The notes under the pieces are model-generated. The model did not search any database. It was not told the DNA's origin and saw only the letters and a list, made by a program, of their open reading frames with translations. A stretch of DNA of 63,076 bases, counting the filler, from Nanobdellati archaeon (GTDB lineage: Archaea > Nanobdellota > Nanobdellia > Woesearchaeales > JAADFO01), in the NCBI GenBank assembly GCA_013152815.1. It is 4 parts of 4 records of this genome, joined end to end, with 100 filler letters (N's around TTAATTAATTAA, not from the genome) between each part and the next. Parts side by side here need not be neighbours in the genome. Positions count along the whole stretch, not along the records: positions 1 to 30,230 come from JAADFO010000033.1; 3 more parts are not named here. One strand, 5' to 3'. This document shows positions 1 through 10,236 of the stretch, piece by piece. The position numbers and the translations under genes were made by a program. Position 1 is the stretch's first letter; every line of letters starts with the position of its first letter.

Positions 1-73
1 GATGTTAAATCCAATAAATTTTAAGCCCTGAAAAAGCGAAATATTTATATACCATAGTTAATTATAGTTTGCT

Positions 74-298
74 ATGACTTCAACAACAATTCAGATAAGT
101 CAAGATTTACAACAAGAACTTAATAAAATGAAACTTTTTTCTAGAGAAACCTATGAAGAAGTAATTTGGAATGTTATTGAAGATACCCGAGAATTATCTG
201 AACAAACGAAAAAAGACATTGCTAAATCAAGAAAAGAGATTGCAGAAGGTAAATTTGTAACCTTATCTGATCTAAAGAAAAAATATAATATTCGATAG
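74..298 (+). CDS. Putative antitoxin (RelB-like partner of downstream RelE)
   Basis: 74-aa acidic/basic ORF directly upstream of a RelE-like ORF; C-terminal EIAEGKFVTLSDLKKK resembles archaeal antitoxins; TATA-like tatttatata at 42-51. Confidence 0.75.
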   Translation: MTSTTIQISQDLQQELNKMKLFSRETYEEVIWNVIEDTRELSEQTKKDIAKSRKEIAEGKFVTLSDLKKKYNIR

Positions 299-307
299 GT
301 CTTCTGA

Positions 308-559
308 ATGTATGAAATTATCTTAGCAAAGAATGTAGAAAAATATTTAGATAAACTTAATTCCAAAGAGAGAGAAAGAATAATAAGTTCTTTAGAAAAA
401 TTAAGGATCAGACCAGAACATTATCTAGTGAGGCTTGTTGGAGAAAAAAGTTACAAATTTCGAGTAGGCAACTATAGATTAATTGTCGATTTAGACAATA
501 ATCAGCTATCAGTTCTTGTTATAAAGATAGGTCATAGAAAAAACATTTACAAATCATAA
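308..559 (+). CDS. relE: RelE/ParE family type II toxin
   Basis: 83-aa basic protein, MYEIILAKNVEKYLDKL...YKFRVGNYRLIVDLD...VIKIGHRKNIYK matches the RelE pattern. Confidence 0.9.
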   Translation: MYEIILAKNVEKYLDKLNSKERERIISSLEKLRIRPEHYLVRLVGEKSYKFRVGNYRLIVDLDNNQLSVLVIKIGHRKNIYKS

Positions 560-563
560 AAAT

Positions 564-728
564 GACCTCCTCCCTGACCTAAAGGCCGTGGGGTATGAAC
601 GCTCTCCGCATCGATAGGCGAGATTTCTGGTCCCTTCCGGGTCCCGGCAACCGACGGTTGCTGTGGAATGCAAAGGTTTCTCGCACTAAAGCGAGGGGTA
701 TCAAACCCCTGCACGAATCAAAGATTTT
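564..728. mobile_element. GC-rich hairpin element, IS200/IS605-end-like or REP-like, non-autonomous
   Basis: Two CTAAAG-containing hairpins each followed by GGGGTAT (CTAAAG at 579-584 and 686-691); perfect hairpin GCAACCG-A-CGGTTGC 647-661; AGGGGT..ACCCCT 694-710; no transposase. Confidence 0.45.
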
Positions 729-770
729 ACTTCGACCCCGCTGCGCTCTCCTCCGTTCAGTCATCGGGAC

Positions 771-796
771 GTTTAACAGGAATTCCGATGTTAGTT
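771..796 (+). other. Degenerate dif-like site
   Basis: GTTTAACAGGAATTCCGATGTTAGTT, a near copy (2 nt shorter) of the 28-bp site at 1355-1382. Confidence 0.5.
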
Positions 797-800
797 TCAA

Positions 801-1313
801 TTTTTTGGGGCAAAATAGTGGAAAGGGCAAGAATTGTTACTACTGTAAAGAGACTATAAGAGCGAAAGATTTAAATACTAGCTATGATTACATCATTGCA
901 TAAGGAGGTAATATAAAAATGGATTACATTCACACAAAGCAATACGAAAATGATGGAAAATATGCTTATGAGCACAGAATACCTTTTCAAGACGAAACAG
1001 TTTTAGTTTTTTTACGACCATCCGATTTTCTAGTTCCCGGTTTTATTGTAAATGAAAATTATAGAATAACTCCTGAAGATTTAAAGGTATCAGAAGTCAG
1101 AGCTGTTGAGCAATCTCAAATATCTGCTGTCGAAGAAACAATTCAAAAATATTTTGAACCAATACTAAAAAGCGCAGCTCAAACAACAGGTCAAACAGCA
1201 AAAAAAATAACTCAATTTAATTTTTGGTGACTTTTTCTTTTATTATCAATTCTTGCCCTTTATTCTTTTAACTTAATAGAACTTCGTTCTTAATTTAATT
1301 TTGCCCCAAAAAA
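801..1313. repeat. Nested perfect inverted repeats enclosing ORF 919-1230
   Basis: TTTTTTGGGGCAAAAT 801-816 / ATTTTGCCCCAAAAAA 1298-1313 (16 bp) and AAAGGGCAAGAATTG 822-836 / CAATTCTTGCCCTTT 1247-1261 (15 bp). Confidence 0.9.
919..1230 (+). CDS. Hypothetical protein (103 aa)
   Basis: Strong SD AAGGAGGT at 902-909, AT-rich codon usage, T-rich tract after the stop. Confidence 0.75.
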   Translation: MDYIHTKQYENDGKYAYEHRIPFQDETVLVFLRPSDFLVPGFIVNENYRITPEDLKVSEVRAVEQSQISAVEETIQKYFEPILKSAAQTTGQTAKKITQFNFW

Positions 1314-1354
1314 CTTTTCGGACGAAATTTTCCCACACCCCGTATGGGAAAAGA

Positions 1355-1382
1355 GTTTAACAGAAATTTCCCGATGTTAAAT
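1355..1382 (+). other. dif-like Xer recombination site (11-6-11)
   Basis: GTTTAACAGAA-ATTTCC-CGATGTTAAAT: 28 bp, arms share the TTTAACA inverted repeat, right arm 9/11 identical to the E. coli XerD arm TTATGTTAAAT; lies at the AT-rich to GC-rich boundary. Confidence 0.6.
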
Positions 1383-1490
1383 GACAAGGAGGGCTGATGA
1401 TTGAAGTGATGGAGTGCGGAAGAGTCGATAAGAGAAAAAGGGAAGCGGACAGGCTGTTAATGACAGGAACAGCGAAAAAGAGAAGACTGT

Positions 1491-2078
1491 CTAGAGCAGC
1501 CGCAGTAGCATGAGGATGCCTCCTGCCACGAGAGGCATGACGATGTTGTCGTCCATGGTCTTGTATATCCTGACTTCCAACGCTTCGAAGAGCATGGCGA
1601 AAGCAGAGGCGATGAACGCCTCGAACGGAGAGACGAAGAACTGCGCGCCCATGTAACCGACGACAAAGCCGGCGATGGTCCCTTCCAGCATCTTCTCCTT
1701 GTCTCTTGAGAGCGGATGGGATATCCTGCCGTAATGTCCGATGAGCGGCGAGACGCTGTCACCCAGGGCCAGGATGATGATGGCTGCGAGGGCGATGTCC
1801 TTGGGGAAGAGGATCATGGAGAGGGTGATGCCGATGATGAGGGTGAGGGCCCCTTTCCCCGGAGCACGCTTCCTGTCTGCATCCCGTTCAAGCGCTGCAA
1901 GGAAAGGTTCCAGTATCTTCAACGGGTATTCCTTGTTGAGATAGTAGATGAGGATTCCCGCGCCCGTGAAGATGACCATGAAGGGAACGGTGAGGACGTC
2001 CACCAGATAGAGGATGCAGAAGCCTACGCCGACCAGAAGATGCACCAGCTGCCGGGATATCTCTTTTGAGGGTATCAT
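1491..2078 (-). CDS. Dolichol/phytol kinase family (CTP-dependent polyprenol kinase)
   Basis: RQLVH, LALGDSVSPLIG, KMLEGTIAG, DDNIVMP motifs; start 2078 gives an ATGA overlap with the PAP2 stop. Confidence 0.85.
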   Translation of the reverse strand: MIPSKEISRQLVHLLVGVGFCILYLVDVLTVPFMVIFTGAGILIYYLNKEYPLKILEPFLAALERDADRKRAPGKGALTLIIGITLSMILFPKDIALAAIIILALGDSVSPLIGHYGRISHPLSRDKEKMLEGTIAGFVVGYMGAQFFVSPFEAFIASAFAMLFEALEVRIYKTMDDNIVMPLVAGGILMLLRLL

Positions 2079-2755
2079 GGTGACCTCTGTCGGGAGCTCG
2101 AACCGATGTCGCCGCCCCATGCCTTGAGGACAAGGAATCCGACCAGGAGGCCCAGGAGTGCGCCCCCGACAACATCGGAGAGGTAATGGGCATCGACATA
2201 GATGCGGCTGATCCCGACAAGGACAGCGAAGAAGATGAAGAACCAGCTGACCCGGGGAAATGCTTTTCTCACGAGAGGCACGGCGCAGAAGGCGATGGCC
2301 GTATGGGCGCTGGGAAAAGAGAAACCGACAAAACTCAGGAAAGGGAGAGCATGGACAAGGGAGGGTCGTGGCCTTTGGATGATGAACTTCAGCAGGGTGC
2401 TGAAGAAGAGAGAGGTGAAGAAGGAAAGCCAGAGAGGGAGGATGGCCCGTTTCTTCCCCTCATCATAGAGGAAGAGGCTTATCATGACGAACATGATGGA
2501 GAACAAAGTTACACCATGAGAGAACCAGACCATGAAGAAGTCGAAGAAAGGTGTCCTGATGAGCGAGAAGAACTCTCTGACAACGCCGTCAAGGAAAAAA
2601 GCTGCGACCAGGACAAAGGAACCCGCGATAAACAGGCGGATGATGGATTCGTCGGGATTCACATCCCATCGGTCTGCCGGAGAAAGGGACGGACGATCAG
2701 GGACGGTCTCAGAGGTCTGCTTTCTTCTTCTGCGTCTTGGACGGGATCGGGCCAT
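2075..2755 (-). CDS. PAP2 family phosphatase (polyprenyl pyrophosphate phosphatase-like)
   Basis: KFIIQRPRP, SFPSAH, SRIYVDAHYLSDV catalytic motifs. Confidence 0.9.
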   Translation of the reverse strand: MARSRPRRRRRKQTSETVPDRPSLSPADRWDVNPDESIIRLFIAGSFVLVAAFFLDGVVREFFSLIRTPFFDFFMVWFSHGVTLFSIMFVMISLFLYDEGKKRAILPLWLSFFTSLFFSTLLKFIIQRPRPSLVHALPFLSFVGFSFPSAHTAIAFCAVPLVRKAFPRVSWFFIFFAVLVGISRIYVDAHYLSDVVGGALLGLLVGFLVLKAWGGDIGSSSRQRSP

Positions 2756-3338
2756 AGTTCATCTTCCGGTTCATCTTCCGATAGAGGAGATAACCGATGA
2801 GAGCGACAGACACCACAACAACAGAAAGCATGTCAAAATAGTCATTAATAAAGGTTACCATGGATTCTCCGAAGAAGGAGACGAAGAAGGCGACCAGGAA
2901 GAAGCGAAGACCGCGGGAGAGTACCGAGGCGATCACGAATTTCTTGAGATCGATATAGAAGACGCCTGCTGCGATGGTGAAGACCTTGTAGGGGATGGGC
3001 GTGAAGCCCGCAATAAAGATGGCCCATGCTTCGTAGCGGTTGAAGAGCCTGTGGACCTTGGCTATCTTTTCTGGCTTGACCATCCGTCTGAGGATGGCCT
3101 CTTCGCCCACATAGCCGATACCATAACCGAATACACCGCCGATGGCAGAACCGAGCGTGGCCACCAGAGCATACCAGAGCCACAATGCAGGTTGACCCAA
3201 GACCAGGACGATGAGCAGCACGTCTGGAGGGATGGGAAAGAAAGAGGATTCCATGAAAGCGAGGATGAACAGGCCCGGGGCGCCCAAAGGGGCGAAGGTC
3301 GTCTGTGTCCAGGACACGAGCGCATTTATCAGTCCCAT
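2709..3338 (-). CDS. DedA/YqaA (VTT domain) membrane protein
   Basis: ESSFFPIPPD, GFTPIPYKVFTIAAG, SRGLRF motifs. Confidence 0.9.
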   Translation of the reverse strand: MGLINALVSWTQTTFAPLGAPGLFILAFMESSFFPIPPDVLLIVLVLGQPALWLWYALVATLGSAIGGVFGYGIGYVGEEAILRRMVKPEKIAKVHRLFNRYEAWAIFIAGFTPIPYKVFTIAAGVFYIDLKKFVIASVLSRGLRFFLVAFFVSFFGESMVTFINDYFDMLSVVVVSVALIGYLLYRKMNRKMNYGPIPSKTQKKKADL

Positions 3339-3569
3339 GTTCTGGCAGGGGAGAGGCTTCTATAAATAGCTATTGAATGGAGGACGATGGCCATCGAAAA
3401 GAGAGCGAGGAAGAGGGGAAAGAAAGGAGGACGAAGAAGCGGTGCCGATGGACAAGAAGGCGGATGGAGGTCGCTCGCACAGGCCACCATTGGATGGTGG
3501 GTCCAAATCATTTTATAAAATCAATACGTAAAGGCACCGACAAAGGGAGAGAAGGGTCCGGAAGGGAAG

Positions 3570-4352
3570 ATGAAGAGGAAGCCAGAAACAGACAGGACAA
3601 GGAAAAAGAAAGCGTCCCCCGCCGCAGAGGGAAAGAGCCGGCCGAAAGAAATCCTGACCACGCATCACATCAAAGGAAGGCTCGTCTATCTCCTGATATC
3701 GCTCATCTCGCTCATCCTGTTCTATCCCTTCCTTGAGGAGTTTCTCCTGGGCAACGAGTTCCTCATATTCATGGCGACCATCATACCGATAGCGGCGTTC
3801 TACGCCGTGAGCTATGAACGACGTCATGTCGGTCCTGCCTTCTTCCTCGCCGTATGTTTCATCGTCTTCAACTGGCTCCAGGCCATCGCTCCATTGGCCT
3901 CGCTGGTCTACCTCAACACCTTCTTTTCCGTGCTCTTCTACGCCTACATCACCTTTGTCCTGCTGAAACGGATCCTCAAGTCGCGCGATATCGGCAGTGA
4001 CACCATCTTCGGCGCCATCTCGGTCTATCTCATCATAGGCATCATCTTCTCAAGCATCTATGTGAGTCTGGAGATGACTGATCGTTCGTCCTTTCTTGTG
4101 TCCGCCTCTGATGCCTCGCAGGAGATGACCTGGCCAGACTTCGTCTATTTCAGCTACGTCACGCTCACCACGACAGGATATGGGGACATAATGCCAAGGA
4201 CCTCCCTCGCGCGGAGCATCACGGTCATCGAGTCCATGACCGGCATATTCTACGTGGCCATACTCATCGCCCAGCTCATGGGCGTCTATATCATGAGACG
4301 CGCAAGAAACCTGCGGAAGAGAAAAGAGAGAAAAGAACCAGAAAAAACCTGA
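3570..4352 (+). CDS. Potassium channel family protein (Ion_trans_2)
   Basis: YFSYVTLTTTGYGDIMP selectivity filter; several TM helices. Confidence 0.9.
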   Translation: MKRKPETDRTRKKKASPAAEGKSRPKEILTTHHIKGRLVYLLISLISLILFYPFLEEFLLGNEFLIFMATIIPIAAFYAVSYERRHVGPAFFLAVCFIVFNWLQAIAPLASLVYLNTFFSVLFYAYITFVLLKRILKSRDIGSDTIFGAISVYLIIGIIFSSIYVSLEMTDRSSFLVSASDASQEMTWPDFVYFSYVTLTTTGYGDIMPRTSLARSITVIESMTGIFYVAILIAQLMGVYIMRRARNLRKRKERKEPEKT

Positions 4353-4379
4353 CAGGGCGTGGACAGGACATAGACAGAC

Positions 4380-5642
4380 CTAGACCGGGCTCATACGAGA
4401 GACTCTCGATCTGACATACGCTGATGCGATGAGTTCGCTGATCAGGGAACGGGCATCTGTATGCCTGCGCTTCACTTTGGCGTAGAGCCTTCCGCCGCGC
4501 TGGAAAGTCGTGCGGTGCTTCTTCTTGAACTGCGCCACGTGGACCTTCTGTCTGAGGAGCGGGCCGGCCCAGACCTTCTCTTCCGGGAGCGGCCGGGACG
4601 GGAGGATGTACCAGAACAGGGCATTGCCCTTCCTGTCCCACTGCCACTCGGCTTCAAGCATCGTGAAGTCATGGAGTTCGAGCTGCTTGCGGATATGCTC
4701 AAAGACCTTGAGGAGCTTTCCGCCGATGACATCCACCTTGCCTTTCAGGGGCTTGACCTCGAGGAGGATGAGCTGTCTTCCTTTTGCCTGTCCGAGGATC
4801 TCGTCGAGGGTCAGGGTCTTCACCAGGAAGAAAGACCGGTCCGGCTTTTTGAGGAAATGCCGTGCAGCCTGCCTGAACAACAGGAATTTCTTATCGGTGA
4901 GCGCTGCCGCGGCGTTGCGATCGGGAAGGATGGGATCGATGACGATGATCGGCGAAGCGAGTTTCGCTTCATTGAGGCGCTTTTTCGCCTTTCCCTTGTG
5001 ATGGTCCATGGGATCGATGACTGTCCCTTTCCGGAGGGTGCTCACCGCCCTGAGGAAAGGAACGAACCCCTTGTAGTGGATGACGAGGATGTCAAGCACA
5101 TGGCCAGAGAAGCCGCCGATGAAGGATTCCGCGCCATAGACCCTGTTTGCCTTGCAGAACTGTTTTGCAAGCCGTATCTCATCGACGAGAACGAGACGTT
5201 TCTGCCGTCGTATCTGGTCCTTCACCCATCGGACATGCATGGGGCTCATGTCCGTCACATTGCGTGCCTGGTCCGGTGTCCGGATGTCCAGGACAGGGAT
5301 GACCTCGTAATGCAGACCGTCGTCGATCTGGTAATAGTCACGGCTGCCATGGACACGCTTCTTCTTGAAGGGTGAGAGTATCCGTGACAGCAGCCGGGAC
5401 AGGTCTTTGTCTTCATAGGCGAGGTCGAACTTGACGAAGATATCCACATCGAAATCGTCCTTCAGAAAGGTGCCTTTGGCGACAGACCCGCCGGCGACGG
5501 CGACGGCGTTGTATCCCTTTTTTGCGATCTCCCGATTTATCCGGGAGACCATGGCCAGGGCCGTCTTCTTCACCGTCGTTCCCGTGGGAGTGATCTCTTT
5601 CTTGACACGCTCCAGCAGGGATCTCATCCGGTTCGCAGCCAT
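4380..5642 (-). CDS. cca: Archaeal class I CCA-adding enzyme
   Basis: GGSVAKGTFL-DFDVDIF nucleotidyltransferase motif, YGAE..GGFSG, DPILPDRNAAAAL; start trimmed from ORF track. Confidence 0.9.
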   Translation of the reverse strand: MAANRMRSLLERVKKEITPTGTTVKKTALAMVSRINREIAKKGYNAVAVAGGSVAKGTFLKDDFDVDIFVKFDLAYEDKDLSRLLSRILSPFKKKRVHGSRDYYQIDDGLHYEVIPVLDIRTPDQARNVTDMSPMHVRWVKDQIRRQKRLVLVDEIRLAKQFCKANRVYGAESFIGGFSGHVLDILVIHYKGFVPFLRAVSTLRKGTVIDPMDHHKGKAKKRLNEAKLASPIIVIDPILPDRNAAAALTDKKFLLFRQAARHFLKKPDRSFFLVKTLTLDEILGQAKGRQLILLEVKPLKGKVDVIGGKLLKVFEHIRKQLELHDFTMLEAEWQWDRKGNALFWYILPSRPLPEEKVWAGPLLRQKVHVAQFKKKHRTTFQRGGRLYAKVKRRHTDARSLISELIASAYVRSRVSRMSPV

Positions 5643-5858
5643 GGTTTCCACCTTTGGCCGACAGCAGAGAGCATATAAATAGTTTGCCCTGTCAGGAATC
5701 TGACCCATCGAAAAAGAGTCCTGCAGGGAAGAAGGACAGACAGGAAGAACGGACAACACGAGAAGAGAGAACAGGAAGAGCAACGCATATATAGGAGTCC
5801 TGTGCCCAGGCACCCTGGAAAGAGGGGAAAAAAGAAAGAAAAAAAGAAAGAGGAAAGC

Positions 5859-6923
5859 ATGGAAAAGAAGCAGCAGGATCCTGGAAAGCCCGTAGAGAAG
5901 ACCTATGACCTGTTCGGTCTGGGAAGCGCAGTCATGGATGTCCTGGTCATGGCCGAAGAGACCGAACTCCTGTCATTCGACATCCAGAAGGGGATGATGA
6001 AGCTCATAGAGGAAGATGAGCTCGGAGAGATTCTCAGGAAGATCGCCCATCTTAAACCGTTGCTGAGACCGGGAGGGAGTGTCGCCAATACCTGCGCAGG
6101 CATGGTCAGGCTCGGCGGGAATGCTATCTTCTGCAGCCTCATCGGAAAAGACGAGCAGGGTGCGCTCTATGAGGAGAAGATGCGACGAGAAGGCATAGCG
6201 GTACGCCTGACCAAAGAGGAGGGGAAGGGGCTCACTGCCACGGCGATCACGTTCATCACGCCTGATTCAGAACGATCCTTTGCCACCCACCTCGGCATCG
6301 CCCTGAAGACAGCGACACGACACATCGTCGAGGAGGACATCAGGAAGGCCAAGGTCGCGCATTTCGAAGGGTACATGCTCGAGGGAGGGACCACACGGGA
6401 GGCCACTGAACATGCCATGGAACTCGCGAGGAAACATAACACCAGGGTCTCGTTGGATGTCTCTGACAAGGGAGTCATCCAGCGTATCCGTCCTTACCTG
6501 AAAAAGATCATCGCAAACCATGTGGATATCCTTTTCCTCAACGAGGAGGAAGCTGCAGAGCTCACAGGGAAGCTATACTCAGAAGCTGCCCAGGAGCTCG
6601 GCCGATTGGCAGACATCGTCATCGTCAAGATCGGAAAACAGGGTTCGCTCATCTTCCACGATGACAGGATCATGAAGATCAAGGGGGTCACGACAGATGC
6701 GGTGGACACGACAGGAGCAGGAGACATGTATGCTGCAGGGTTCCTCTATGGTCACACCCACGGCCTTTCCCTCGGGAAGTCCGGCGCCATAGCGTCCATG
6801 GCCTCGGCCAAGGTCGTCGAGAATATAGGAGCGAGGATCGACATCGACCTCCAGGAAGAGGTCAAGAGAATCCTCGACGAAGAAGCAGAACAGCCAAAGA
6901 GCAAGCAAGCAGACAACAGGTGA
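5859..6923 (+). CDS. PfkB/ribokinase family kinase, adenosine kinase-like
   Basis: GGSVAN, NEEEA, DTTGAGDMYAAGFLYG; near ahcY. Confidence 0.85.
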   Translation: MEKKQQDPGKPVEKTYDLFGLGSAVMDVLVMAEETELLSFDIQKGMMKLIEEDELGEILRKIAHLKPLLRPGGSVANTCAGMVRLGGNAIFCSLIGKDEQGALYEEKMRREGIAVRLTKEEGKGLTATAITFITPDSERSFATHLGIALKTATRHIVEEDIRKAKVAHFEGYMLEGGTTREATEHAMELARKHNTRVSLDVSDKGVIQRIRPYLKKIIANHVDILFLNEEEAAELTGKLYSEAAQELGRLADIVIVKIGKQGSLIFHDDRIMKIKGVTTDAVDTTGAGDMYAAGFLYGHTHGLSLGKSGAIASMASAKVVENIGARIDIDLQEEVKRILDEEAEQPKSKQADNR

Positions 6924-6959
6924 TGGGCAACCAAGAGAGCGCTGTCGGAGGCTGTCGCA

Positions 6960-7376
6960 TCAGCAGGTTTCTTTCAAGGTGATGGTACCGACCATGGTGA
7001 CCGTCTTGGTTATCCGCTTGTCCTTCCTGAAATCGATGAGGAAGCGGTTGAACGCCGAGACGTCGGGGAATTTGAGCTTCAGAAGCAGATCGTATTCGCC
7101 GGTGACACCCTGGGCCTCTTTGACTTCGGGACGTCTGAAGAATGCGGGGTCAAGATCCTCGCTTGTGGAAAGGAGGACGAACACCACAAAACCTTCACCT
7201 ATCTGTTCCGGATCGAGCTTGATGGTGAACCGTTCGATGACGCCCGAGGAGGACAGCTTCTGGATGCGTTGATGGACCGTAGAAGGACGTATGCCTGTCT
7301 CTTTCGCGATGGCGCGGATGCTGATACGGGAATCCTGCCGCAACAGGCCGATGATCCTGCGGTCCTTGTCGTCCAT
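6960..7376 (-). CDS. Lrp/AsnC family transcriptional regulator
   Basis: MDDKDRRIIGLLRQDSR HTH start; VTGEYDLLLK RAM domain. Confidence 0.9.
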   Translation of the reverse strand: MDDKDRRIIGLLRQDSRISIRAIAKETGIRPSTVHQRIQKLSSSGVIERFTIKLDPEQIGEGFVVFVLLSTSEDLDPAFFRRPEVKEAQGVTGEYDLLLKLKFPDVSAFNRFLIDFRKDKRITKTVTMVGTITLKETC

Positions 7377-7567
7377 GCTCTGATTGCTCCGAGGCGTGTC
7401 ACTGGTGTTTCTGGCGGTACTCTGGCAGCAGTATGACTAACAGCGTCTTGAAGGACCGTTCCATCGCAACAAAAAAAACAGCCCTCCAAAGAAAGGGAAG
7501 AACGTATTCTCCTCGACCTTATTTGGGGGAATTCATTTGAAGGGCTGCTTTGGCGATATGCATGAAT

Positions 7568-7670
7568 TATTGTCCAACTAATATATATATTTTTCTAATA
7601 TTGTCCAATAAAAAGGTCGATTTGATGGACAATATCCATAATTCAAGGAAAAAACTATAAGAATTGTCCA
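7568..7670. promoter_or_regulatory. Phased ATTGTCCA boxes in the divergent lrp/ahcY promoter
   Basis: ATTGTCCA at 7569, 7600, 7663, degenerate AATATCCA at 7631, inverted TGGACAAT at 7626; spacing 31-32 bp. Confidence 0.6.
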
Positions 7671-7756
7671 TAACTCCCTGGGACAGCGACAAGGCATAAC
7701 AAGGCATAAAGCCGGTTACAAAGAGACGGCCAAGAAGGACATACCGGAACAGACAG

Positions 7757-9181
<1,425 letters not shown>

Positions 9182-9208
9182 GCATTGGCCTGGCCTGCCC
9201 ATGCCTGC

Positions 9209-9493
9209 TCAGTCGAACTCATCTTCTCTCTCTTTCTTCTTCTTTTCCAGCTTCCGTCGGAGATAGGTGAGAAACAGGATCTTCTTGAGCTTGTCCCACC
9301 AGGTCTCTTCCTGGTCGATGACGAGCACGGCAGACGTGTCTTTGATGTCATTGATGTTGGGAGGAATCTCCTTACTGAAGAGATAGTCCCAAAGCTCATT
9401 GAACTGATTGAACAGGGTCTTCGGCTTCATGTTCGGTTTGTCATAGGAGAGATAGTCGTCCAGTTCCCTGTTGAAGCGCTTCTGATGTCTCAT
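9209..9493 (-). CDS. Hypothetical protein with FNxELDDYLS N-terminal motif
   Basis: 94-aa ORF with upstream TATA-like tttataaa; N-terminus similar to that of 23087-23713. Confidence 0.65.
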   Translation of the reverse strand: MRHQKRFNRELDDYLSYDKPNMKPKTLFNQFNELWDYLFSKEIPPNINDIKDTSAVLVIDQEETWWDKLKKILFLTYLRRKLEKKKKEREDEFD

Positions 9494-9730
9494 CTGTCCT
9501 ACAAAGAGAGCAGAGTTTATAAATTTAATTTAACCGCACAGGAGAGAAGGGATCCGGCCGGCAGCCGGGTCTGTCCGCCTGTCCCCACGCCTGTCCTCAC
9601 ACCTATCCCCGCGCCTGTTCCATCCTGGAGTAATCACAAAACATTATATGCGAGAAATCGCTACCTCTCTTTTAAATAGCATATGCGCTATCCGACGGGA
9701 GACAGGGCAGAGCAGGACTGAAGGGACCAT

Positions 9731-10141
9731 ATGAGACAGAAAGCACAGGTGAGCATGGAATACCTGATGGTCATAGGCTTCGCCCTGCTGATGGTCATTC
9801 CGGTCATCCTGGTCTTCTTCACCCAGACCGAGACCATAAAAGACAGTGTGAACCTCAATCAGGCGAGGACGGTGGCCCGGGAGATCGCAGAGAATGTGGA
9901 GACGGTCGCCTACCTCGGGAAGCCGGCCATGACCACCATAAAGGTCACCTTCCCGGACACGGTCAAAAAGGTGACCATAGGCAACAGGGAGATATCGCTC
10001 CAGATAGAGACGGCGGGAGGGCTCAGCGACATCTTCGAGACCGTCTCTGCGAACGTGTCAGGAACCATCGCACCGGTGTCAGGCATCCATCATCTGACGA
10101 TCGAGGCCACCAGCAGCAATATCACCATAGCGGAATCATGA
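9731..10141 (+). CDS. Archaeal type IV pilin-like protein (class III signal peptide)
   Basis: MRQKA/QVSMEYL followed by a hydrophobic helix (Q+1, E+5). Confidence 0.85.
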   Translation: MRQKAQVSMEYLMVIGFALLMVIPVILVFFTQTETIKDSVNLNQARTVAREIAENVETVAYLGKPAMTTIKVTFPDTVKKVTIGNREISLQIETAGGLSDIFETVSANVSGTIAPVSGIHHLTIEATSSNITIAES

Positions 10142-10236
10142 AACCACGAACACCGCTGTGGCGATGAGAGAAGGCAGAGAGCAGGAACATGCGGCTCGCA
10201 GGAGTCGCGCAAGAAAGGAAAGAGAAAAAGAGGCTC

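Noticed and set aside
595..903. ORFs 595-903, 579-830 and 668-859
   Set aside because: They run across hairpins, the dif-like site and the IRs, with no SD or protein-like features
1355..1382. Integron attC reading (RYYYAAC...GTTRRRY)
   Set aside because: The core sites are only 14 nt apart, far shorter than an attC, with no L boxes; the 11-6-11 dif geometry fits better
7380..7756. SAH riboswitch upstream of ahcY
   Set aside because: No recognisable consensus; the leader is AT-rich with protein-operator-like boxes
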